Positions 53,656-64,000 of a stretch of DNA of 64,000 bases are shown in pieces. The notes under the pieces were generated by a model, which saw only the letters and a list, made by a program, of their open reading frames with translations, was not told where the DNA came from and made no database searches. The DNA comes from Haliotis rufescens. Its lineage: Eukaryota. Where the stretch lies: the NCBI RefSeq assembly GCF_023055435.1, contig NW_025964112.1, positions 60,202,001-60,266,000 on the forward strand, read 5' to 3'. Positions within the stretch are counted from its first letter, which is position 1. The number at the start of each line of letters is the position of its first letter. Both the position numbers and the translations under genes were made by a program.

Positions 53656-55010
53656 CTGTAAATCTTGAAATTAATACGAGCGTGAATTAAATGCGAAAAA
53701 TGCAAGTGGTCTTTGTTCGCATTAATTAACTACGGGGGTACGCATTTATGTCTCCATAATGACGATCAACAATAAGACGGCCTCACTGCACACTTTGGAT
53801 AGTGGAAATACCAATTTGAATGTAAACAAAGCATGGTTTAATGAGCAGCAGTTGTAACAAGTATAAAACAATGTCATCCAAAGAATAGGAATTACACTAT
53901 GGGCATCCAGTGAGTTATCACCACTGGTGTCAAGAGTTCTAATGTTCTCATGGAAATTAAAAAAAACTGTTTTGCTGGATTTAATAATCGACACAAAGCA
54001 TTACGTAGATGTAAATACGAAATAACAAAACAACTGAAAAAGTACTAGTCTGGATTTGCTAGTTTTATCTCAGTGCTCAATACAAAATGTACTTTACAGG
54101 AGGTAATTTGTAGGCACTTTCAACATTCAAAAATAAAACTAAGTCCAAATTGACATGGCAGAAACAGGCTATAGGCATTTTGCAAATTAGCCTGGAAAAA
54201 AGTTATCAAAACAACAATAAAAATAACAGCTATGTTTATGTACATAATAATAATGACATGTAAGTTGTTGTTTGAGAAGGGAATATGTTACTTTTACGTT
54301 CTGATATTTTGACGATGATTCACTACCCGACAATGCCACTCACAAATCACTAACCACTGACAAATCACATGCACGTGGGTTTCAAGCACCTGTTTTCACC
54401 TGTCGTCAAGGTGTCATAGGTCATGGACATTCACCTTGTTCTACTAACTCCTGGTTATGCTCAGTTTCACAATAGTCTGTTTTGTTCATATTTTTGCACA
54501 CTTTTACGTGTAAAAAAGACAACAAAAACCTTTGATAAGCTGTATTTGTGCCAAGGCCCAATTAGTACTAATGAGTTGTTTGAATATTTATATATTTTGT
54601 ATATTAACTGAATTTATTTAAAATCTGAGATCGAAAAAACAGTGTTTTTTCATTTCCGTGAATACTTTACCCACTCGTGTCAAGCTTGTTGACACCTTCT
54701 GGCATACCAATCAGTGAACTGTTCTTGGTTCAATTATTTTATTGCCTTTGAACTTCATTAATGCCAGTCAACAGAGTAAACATATAAACTGTGTGTTGTA
54801 TTTAGGAAAACACTGTTTCTTGTTTTTACGGAAGTGCTCTACTCAGTTATAATAAGCAGTGCTATTTGCTGTTTGATTGGGTTAAGGTAAGGATATGTAT
54901 CATTCCACTGGGAATAGGGGTGGAGGAGTCGCATTGATATTGAGTCGCATTTTTGGCAAGGGGTCAACAGTCATATTAATTTGGAGACGCATTTATTTCA
55001 AGATTTACAG
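53656..55010. mobile_element. ~1.35-kb non-autonomous DNA transposon with TA TSD
   Basis: TIRs CTGTAAATCTTGAAATTAATACG / CGCATTTATTTCAAGATTTACAG flanked by TA; no transposase ORF. Confidence 0.72.
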
Positions 55011-55254
55011 TATGTTATAACTTGTGAAGATGATGACTGGTGCTTGATGGGGGATTATGCAATGGTGAATGCTTGTTACGTTTGTGTTTTTATTCATTTA
55101 TTGTTCTGAAGCAGTGGGTGCTTCATGCATGATATATATATCAATACTCCACATATACTTTTATCTCTGTTTACATAGATCTTGTATCCATTATTTTGTA
55201 TGTATTGAATAAAGGAAATGGCACAAGCCAGCAGCATTTTGTGTGTGATCTACT

Positions 55255-58110
55255 CGTTTTGACCATCGAAGGCTACACAATGACACAAGACCTCGAAGGT
55301 TCCACAGTGACACGTGCCATCAGCCTTATGTGTGTGGTATATTGACCAGCCAAGGCTTCACAAAGACACGTGCCATCAGCCTTATGTGTGTGGTATATTG
55401 ACCATCCAAGGCTCCACAATGACACAAGCCATCAGCCTTATGTGTGTGGTATACTGACCAAGGCTTCACAAAGACACGTGCCATCAGCCTTATGTGTGTG
55501 GTATATTCACCATCCAAGGCTCCACAATGACACAAGCCATCAGCCTTATGTGCGTGGTATATTGACAATCCAAGGCTCCACAATGACACAAGTCATCAGC
55601 CTTATGTGTGTGGTATATTGACCATCCAAGGCTCCACAATGACACAAGCCATCAGCCTTATGTGCGTGGTATATTGACAATCCAAGGCTCCACAATGACA
55701 CAAGCCATCAGCCTTATGTGTGGTATATTGACCATCCAAGCCTCCACAATGACACAAGCCATCAGCCTTATGTGCGTGGTATATTGACAATCCAAGGCTC
55801 CACAATGAAACAAGCCATCAGCCTTATGTGTGTGGTATATTGACAATCCAAGGCTCCACAATGACACAAGCCATCAGCCTTATGTGTGTGTATATTGACC
55901 ATCCAAGGCTCCACAATGACACAAGCCATCAGCCTTATGTGTGTGGTATATTGACCACCAAAGGCTCAACAATGACACAAGCCATCAGTCTTATGTCTGT
56001 GGTACATTGACCAGCCAAGGCTCCACAATGACCCAAGCCATCAGCCTTATGTGTGTGGTATATTGACCATCCAAGGCTCCACAATGACACAAGCCATCAG
56101 CCTTATGTGTGTGGTATATTGACCACCAAAGGCTCCACAATGACACGTGCCATCAGCCTTATGTGTGTGGTATATTGACCATCCAAGGCTCCACAATGAC
56201 ACGTGCCATCAGCCTTATGTGTGTTGTATATTGACCACCAAAGGCTCCACAATGACACAAGCCATCAGCCTTATGTGTGTGGTATATTGACCATCCAAGG
56301 CTCCACAATGACACGTGCCATCAGCCTTATGTGTGTGGTATATTGACCACCAAAGGCTCCACAATGACACAAGCCATCAGTCTTATGTGTGTGGTACATT
56401 GACCAGCCAAGGCTCCACAATGACCCAAGCCATCAGCCTTATGTGTGTGGTATATTGACCTACAAAGGCTCCACAATGACCCAAGCCATCAGCCTTAAGT
56501 GTGTGGTATATTGACCACCAAAGGCTCCACAATGACACAAGCCATCAGCCTTATGTGTGTGGTATATTGACCACCAAAGGCTCCACAATGACACAAGCCA
56601 TCAGCCTTATGTGTGTGGTATATTGACCAGCCAAGGTTTCACAAAGACACAAGCCATCAGCCTTATGTGTGTGGTATATTGACCATCAAAGGCTCCACAA
56701 TGACACAAGCCATCAGCCTTATGTGTGTGGTATATTGACCATCCAAGGCTCCACAATGACACAAGCCATCAGCCTTATGTGTGGTATATTGACCACCAAA
56801 GGCTCCACAATGACACAAGCCATCAGCTTATGTGTGTGGTACATTGACTACCCAAGGCTTCACAATGACACAAGCCATCAGCCTTATGTGTGTGGTATAT
56901 TGACCACCAAAGGCTCCACAATGACACAAGCCATCAGCCTTATGTGTGTGGTATATTGACCATCCAAGGCTCCACAATGACACAAGCCATCAGCCTTATG
57001 TGTGGTATATTGACCATCCAAGGCTCCACAATGACACAAGCCATCAGCCTTATGTGTGTTGTATATTGACCACCCAAGGCTTCACAATGACACAAGCCAT
57101 CAGCCTTATGTGTGTGTATATTGACCATCCAAGGCTCCACAATGACACAAGCCATCAGCCTTATGTGTGTTGTATATTGACCACCAAAGGCTCCACAATG
57201 ACACAAGCAATCAGCCTTATGTGTGTGGTATATTGACCATCCAAGGCTCCACAATGACACGTGCCATCAGCCTTATGTGTGTGGTATATTGACCATCCAA
57301 GGCTCCACAATGACACGTGCCATCAGCCTTATGTGTGTGGTATATTCACCATTGAAGGCTCCACAATGACACAAGCCATCAGCCTTATGTGCGTGGTATA
57401 TTGACAATCCAAGGCTCCACAATGACACAAGCCATCAGCCTTATGTGTGTGTATATTGACCATCCAAGGCTCCACAATGACACAAGCCATCAGCCTTATG
57501 TGTGTGGTATATTGACCACCAAAGGCTCCACAATGACACAAGCCATCAGCCTTATGTGTGTGGTATATTGACCACCAAAGGCTCCACAATGACACAAGCC
57601 ATCAGCCTTATGTGTGTGGTATATTGACCAGCCAAGGTTTCACAAAGACACAAGCCATCAGCCTTATGTGTGTGGTATATTGACCACCAAAGGCTCCACA
57701 ATGACACAAGCCATCAGCTTATGTGTGTGGTACATTGACTACCCAAGGCTTCACAATGACACAAGCCATCAGCCTTATGTGTGTGGTATATTGACCACCA
57801 AAGGCTCCACAATGACACAAGCCATCAGCCTTATGTGTGTGGTATATTGACCATCCAAGGCTCCACAATGACACAAGCCATCAGCCTTATGTGTGGTATA
57901 TTGACCATCCAAGGCTCCACAATGACACAAGCCATCAGCCTTATGTGTGTTGTATATTGACCACCCAAGGCTTCACAATGACACAAGCCATCAGCCTTAT
58001 GTGTGTGTATATTGACCATCCAAGGCTTCACAATGACACATGCCATCAGTATTCAGTTAGTGATAGTGTGCCCATCACAGACTCGTGACTGACACAAGCT
58101 ATCAACCTTG
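55255..58110. repeat. 56-bp minisatellite, ~50 copies
   Basis: Unit gccatcagccttatgtgtgtggtatattgaccatccaaggctccacaatgacacaa. Confidence 0.97.
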
Positions 58111-58282
58111 TGTATGTGGTGTTCTGCCCACTTCAGTGCTCACAATGATAGGTCATATATGCGTTGTGAGAGATGTTAAAAGCAAATGTGACTCTCGGTT
58201 ATTTGAGCTAACATCCGTTGTGCTGGTTTCACGCGACTTTTATTAATTAACGGAGATGAAAAATAGAACATTTTATTCAATT

Positions 58283-58513
58283 GATTGTTTGTTGTTTAAC
58301 GCCGCATTCAGCAATATACCAGCTATATGACGGCGGTCTGTAAACAATCGAGTCTGGACCAGACAATCCAGTGATTGACATCATAAGCATCGATCTACGC
58401 ATTTGGGATACGATGACATGCATCAACCAAGTCAGCGAGCCGATCCCAATCCCGTTAGAAGTCTCTTACAACAAGCCTGGGTTGCCGGGATTCTAACCGG
58501 GATCTTCAGGGGT
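58283..58513 (-). mobile_element. Family D retroposon, diverged
   Basis: Ends ..gatcttcaggggt; TSD tttattcaa. Confidence 0.82.
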
Positions 58514-58863
58514 TTATTCAAGTGAGAATGAACGCTATACAAATACATGGCAAGTTTGTGTGGAGCCAATATCTGTGTTCACATCATTGTCATCTACAAA
58601 CATTAATTCATGTTAATATGAGATTTCTTCGTTTTCATCTGGGTCGGTACTGTTATGTTGGATGTCAAGAATAATTTGCAAGACGGTTAGACGACATAAA
58701 CATACATTTAGACATGATATATCTTCAAAAACAATTGTACACAAAATTTAACATATGGCAAGCTTTATAAACGAACGTTAATAACACATTTGAGAAGTAA
58801 AGTATCATTCAATAAACTGACCCACTGAACCTTTCATACATTTTAAAGCTTTCGTTGATATGA

Positions 58864-59140
58864 GTGAGTGTGAGTGAGATGGGTTTAACGCCGCTTTTAA
58901 CAGTATTCCAGTTATATCGCGGCGTGTCAGCTTAATGTGGGAGGAAAGCCCGAAGTTATGCAGGTGTCAGACGTTTTCCACTTCGGTGAAACCCACGAGC
59001 ACGGGTATGGTGCTGACAAACCTAGAAACATAATCGGGGCGAACCGGGATTCTAACCCACAATCATAGGTTTCTGGCGTGCCCATGGGACGCAACTCTGC
59101 ACAGCGAATCGCGGCGCCTTAGACAACTGCCCCGTGCCCC
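58864..59140 (-). mobile_element. Family C SINE, full length
   Basis: TSD tcgttg(a/t)tatga; (GAGT)n tail. Confidence 0.9.
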
Positions 59141-59464
59141 CTCGTTGTTATGATGACACACAACACGCATAAATGTTCACATGTACACACAGAAATGGAG
59201 TGCGATTGACAGGCTTCGGTAATTAATGAGCAAAATATTGTCAATAATGATTCACGTCTTTAATATAGGCAGACTTAAGACAAGAATGGCAAACGGACAG
59301 AGTCTATATCGTAAACTGCTTATGGTAGAACATTTTATATGATCGTTTGTAAGTTTGTCATCCTGAGGTAATACTTCCCATGTAGTTTAGTAAAAGACGT
59401 TCCCCAACAAATCGAAAAGACAATTGGTTGATTAACATTTATTTTGCAAACATTTGTCCATATA

Positions 59465-59628
59465 CAGTAAACTATGGTTATAACGAACTCAAAGGGACCA
59501 CTAATTTTAGTTCGTTATAACCGTTGTTCGTTATAAGCATATATACACAGCAAATGTCCGGGACAAAAAAACAGCTCGTTATATCCGCAAGTTCGTTATA
59601 AGCGTGTTCGTTATAAACACGCTTACTG
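59465..59628. mobile_element. Small pogo/Tigger-like MITE
   Basis: TA-CAGTAAAC..GTTATAACGAAC / GTTCGTTATAA..TTACTG-TA, with repeated gttcgttataa. Confidence 0.8.
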
Positions 59629-59921
59629 TACACGATTAAAAAATATAAATGTATGGTCTATTTCCAACATACACTTATAAAATATATACGTATGCTTTCA
59701 GAATGTGGTGTTACTTTCTATGAGACAATGAAGAGTGGGGTTTCAGACTGGAACTGTTTTAATGCAATCGTACATTCCGCGCTTCAAAGAAACAATTTCA
59801 TTTTTTGATTCGAAAAAGTGAAGAAAAGAATCTCGACATTGACTACAACTTCAAAAACTATCATGGGTACAAACGATAAGAGATTATCTGACGAGCCTGT
59901 CCTGTAGGAAGCTGTTGTGAT

Positions 59922-62573
59922 TCAGGACAGGACCAGCTTCTCCAGCTGCAGCAGGGGCGCCTCCACCAGGATGGCCAGCAGGAAGGAGAAGATATACGAC
60001 ATGCACACGTAGCCGAAGAAGCGGTACACCTGGAATACATAGCAACGTGTGTCAGAGATTTTGTAAATGACTTTGAATAGTTTTCAGTCAGCGCCCAAAC
60101 ACATACAATATATTTCTCTGACAGGAGATCCCACAACTCATTAACTTATCGGAACTTCCAGCAGTTGGATGATTGCGTGTGGTGACTGTCACTGGGCTGT
60201 AGCCAAAACTCCTCGCGACGTGGTCGTGCGTTGCTCCTTGGTGTATCATGGTGTATCTCTGTAGCATGTTATTTGACGGCGGGTTGGGTGTGAATGAACA
60301 GTTAATCGCCCCTTACCCATATCTTTGTCGGTTGGCATGCTGCAAGTACAGCAAAAGATTCACTTCAAACTGAAGTTCCGCTGATCCGGGTACTGTGGCA
60401 CGTGGTTTACTCGGCATATTGTTTTGGTTGTGTTTGGGCGGTTAATTCTCAGTTATAATTGACACTATTCGGAGTTTGGAACCAACGTGGCCAAATTTGA
60501 GTTCGGTAACGTCTTTTTACCCGCCAGTTATGTTATTCATGTCCATCATGACGATCTTATAGTAATAGTTTTCCAGAGCTTGAAACAGAAAGGGAAAGGA
60601 AATCATGTGAAGCTTTTAGTCTCGTGAGGGGAAGTGGGATGTTTTCCGAATTTCTAATGGTATAAGTATTTTTGGAAGATACCGAAATTGGTAACATATA
60701 TTTTAAGTAAGGTGCGGGCTAAGATATATTTTATATAAAATACTAGTTTAGAAATATAATGATGATCGCGGAGTGGTTTTGGTAGCCTATTAATGATTCT
60801 GACTGCTCTGCTCCCATTTGTAGTCTCTCTATGCTATTTCTCTGATCTATTCTACATTCATCCCAAAGCTCACGTGCGTGTTCAAAATGGGGCCTAATGA
60901 AAATCTTATAAATATTAATAAAAGTGTCTCGGTTTGACATATATTTTCTTTATGAGTTTATCATTTTTTACGTTCTTTTAACAATATTGCTCACATGATA
61001 AAACCACTTGGCGGTTGATTCGAACGTAACACCAAAATGTTTGTGCATTTTAACTGTATTAATTTCCTTCCCATCAAACTGTAAGTTCATTATATCTATA
61101 TTTTCCTCAAGTGAAAATATAACAGCTTCCAGTTTATCAGGGTTGTATGGAATCAGCCTATTCATTTAATAAAGTTAAATTTCTGTTCAGATTACTTTGA
61201 ATCATTGAGCTGCATCTGGAAGAAACCCCAAGTGATGTAGGATTTTGCTACACATGTTGTTAAAATCGTCTTACATTTTATAAATTACTTTGCTATACTG
61301 CTGTTGTCATTGTTCTGTTTTGAAATGACCTACATCTGTATAGTTATTATGTTTTAGTGAACAGTGAGAACATTATTGAAGCTCAGCTCTTTTTTTACAA
61401 AGCCAAAGCATATCAGCCCCAAAATATGAAGAAAAGAAAACATGACTCTACCCAACACCCGAATATCAAATGGTCCGCACCTTCGTGTTTTTCCTTTTTG
61501 TGAACAGTTCATTTAATCTATTTTGACAGTAAGTTGAATGTCTTCATTAACTGGAACGATTGTTTTTCCGCAAGAGATAGTAAAGAGTATTGTATGCTGT
61601 TTCAAAGTGTCACAACCTCTTAAACATTTTTTCACACTTGACAAAATGATCTTGCAGAGGTACTTACGATGTACCCGGATGTAAAGTAGATGAGGGATCT
61701 CGCTGTCGAAGTTTCAGTCAATATGAACATGAGATGAATGAGGTAGGCCCCGTATGTGAGTCGAGAGAGAGGCTGCCACCAGTCCCAGGACAACATCCAG
61801 TTCACGATACCTGTGGGAGGGGCATTGTATAAATAGGTGTACAAGCTCCATTAATTAGTCAGTCAAGTAGTCGATTGTTTTCACTATATAACGTCAACGC
61901 CAGAGAATAACCAGTCTCGATTATCCGTCGAAACAGATTCCATAAGGCGTAAATGTCAAAATAGCGGTGAACATTATATGAATGGATCACTGAAATTTTA
62001 AATTCATTTTTATGTTCCCCTTCTCTTGTGACTGATATACAAAAAGATCACGGTACTGCAAATACAAAACATTAACGGTGCTCTGAAATACATAATAAGT
62101 CAAGTAGTCAATTGTATTAAATTCATTTTATGTTGTTGTTTTTCTTGAATATGTATTTGAACATTGGTCAATTGCACTGTACCGAAAACTCCCATATCAT
62201 GCACGCATCTCGTCCTCATCAATTTTGTGCTTGTCACAAGCAAACAGTGAGACTGCTTATATGGCAAACTCCATGTCATTGTTAGTACAACATTGTCTGT
62301 GGCCAACACGAAGCTTGTTTCAACTGAGCATTACAGGACACAATCGTACCTACTTTTGTAGCACACATGGTTGAACGCACCTGCTTTCCCCTTGCAGCAC
62401 ATGAAGATGACCCATGCCAAGACCAGCCCCCACACGGGTCTATACAGCGTCTCGTGAGCCGTCCTGGCTTCCACTCCCCAGCCTGGTCTCCCTTCAGCAT
62501 TGGCGTCATAGGTCGCCAGAGTGCATGCCCCGGCCGCCACCAGTGCCAGGAGCCAACCCACACCCTGCAGGAA
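59922..62573 (-). CDS. NRF-6-like / acyltransferase-3 family membrane protein, last three coding exons (5' part lies beyond or was not found)
   Basis: Exons ~62573(or 62564)-62381, 61810-61668 and 60029-59922 join in phase. They give LYRPVWGLVLAWVIFMCCKGKAGIVNWMLSWDWWQPLSRLTYGAYLIH...LAILVEAPLLQLEKLVLS*, a typical NRF-6/OAT C-terminus. Confidence 0.88.
60500..61170 (-). mobile_element. Decayed CR1/L2-like LINE, ORF2 3' fragment
   Basis: YNPDKLEAVIFS..HKHFGVTF..KW..HVSNIVKR and YKIFIRPHFEHARELWD..IERLQ, with frameshifts. Confidence 0.75.
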
Positions 62574-63059
62574 CTGGAAGACATTGATAGTGGATCGTGT
62601 TTAGGTTGTTTATTACCCTTGTTTGACACTCTGAAACATCCTGATTAGCTAACTTCAAGATATGGATTTACCCTTTGTTCTGGAATTGCGAACAGTAATT
62701 CAGTGTGTCGTGTCCCAAATATACTCTCCAAAATAAGTAGGGGATCATGATATATAATTGTTATGATCGGTTGTCAGAAGAAAGATTAGCTTTGGGAAAT
62801 GACTCCCAGTGATAGAACGGTTTGCTAAGCAAAACCTCACGCCCCAACACAGCCCACATTGCACGTGTACCATGCATTTCCTCCGTGCACGTTGGTAGGG
62901 TGTCGTTCTTGATTTTGATACTTCAGGGAAAGGTCGTCAAATAGCACCGAGTCAATAGTATTGTTGATTTTAATTATCAGCAGTAACATTTAAGTCTTCT
63001 AATCTTGCTTAAATGAAGTACTTGTGATGAGTTTGGGAAATCCGCCGTCTACAACGTGA

Positions 63060-63395
63060 TGAATGCATGAGGGTTATTTGCATGCTTCGTACTCAGCGAG
63101 AAGTTGCCAATATGTTCACTGTGTTTCAGTCTGTGATTTGCAGACTTTCTAACAGATTTCTGCAGAATATAATGTTTATGATCGGCCCCTCAAGGGGCTC
63201 CTCGGGTCAAAATCACAAGGATCGTTAATAAGAAACCAGGATTTAGAAAATCGAGTCCAAACAGCCAATCAAATCGATGTTCACTCGCGCCAAGCCAAGG
63301 GAGTTCATGTTACAGACCACGCGATTAGAAATCGTCTGCATGCAGCTAATCTGTATTCTCGGCGAACACGTGTCGTACCACCGTTAACAACCCGT
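63060..63395 (+). mobile_element. Tc1-like transposase N-terminal remnant
   Basis: Frameshifted TQREVANMFTV..DRP..GAPRV..DRLIR..AIRNRLHAANLYSRR..PPLT. Confidence 0.65.
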
Positions 63396-64000
63396 GGAGT
63401 TCCGGGTGAGAAATGAAATTTCATTCGGTTGAACAGAATGAATTAGAATGAAATTGATTTCTCATGAAGGTAAAGCCAGTCATAGAGAGAGGTTATTCAA
63501 GGTAGAGGGTGCTACCGGAAGGGGTATACATAGGAATTGCAAAGCCCGGGTAGTTCAATCTCTCCTGTGGTGTCGCCGTTACAGTGCGGTCAGCATGTCC
63601 TGTGCAATATGGTTATGATCATTTTCTGTTGTCAGGTGTTGGCAGTCTTGCTTCAAGACAAATATCGTCACAGTGACTGCATGGTTCTGAACCACAAAGC
63701 ATGGATGGTACCTGGTACATGCATGCATCTTACAGTAGGATGTTACAGTGTCGGTGATTGGCGTGGTTCTGACATGATATGGATCAAGGCTACTGACGCT
63801 ATTTAGTTTGTAAAGTAAAATTTCAATGCATAGTAAATTCCTCGGCGAGTGTCACAGAGGAAGCCATTTTGTGCGTTTGTGGTTTATATCTGACTTGACG
63901 AGGTTTTGGAAGAGAATAGCTCTTCAGCAGCCCATGCTTGTCATACGAGAAGACTGTGCTTGTCTTGAGAGGCGACTGACACTACTTTGCCGAACTGGGC

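Noticed and set aside
55255-58110. CRISPR-like regular spacing in this and the other arrays
   Set aside because: There are no unique spacers and no cas genes, the context is eukaryotic, and the units are plain head-to-tail repeats

Overview
Eukaryotic, intron-rich and repeat-rich DNA. The SINE inventory looks molluscan (gastropod or abalone-like), which is an inference only. Four protein-coding genes were reconstructed by hand from GT-AG boundaries. (1) A large first coding exon of MFSD6 (minus strand, 14222-15899, with a Q23 tract); later exons were not found. (2) A complete 9-exon RNF113A/CWC24 (minus, 26944-41995, 364 aa). (3) A complete 9-exon CRPPA/ISPD (plus, 42261-51392, 392 aa), head-to-head with RNF113A across 265 bp. 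(4) The last three exons of an NRF-6/acyltransferase-3 gene (minus, 59922-62573). The rest is about 11 unrelated minisatellite arrays (roughly 12 kb), four short retroposon families with related 3' tails, several MITEs with clear TIRs and target-site duplications (TSDs), an internally deleted mariner inside a minisatellite, and decayed LINE and Tc1 fragments. The most interesting signal is a ~250-280 bp retroposon family (family D). It has no tRNA head, yet seven TSD-flanked copies begin at the same highly structured 5' end (GACCCGTGAAG...), making it a candidate ribozyme-headed or internal-promoter non-autonomous LINE derivative. One copy also appears to have seeded a 77-bp satellite. Most long ORFs in the supplied track are tandem-repeat artefacts.
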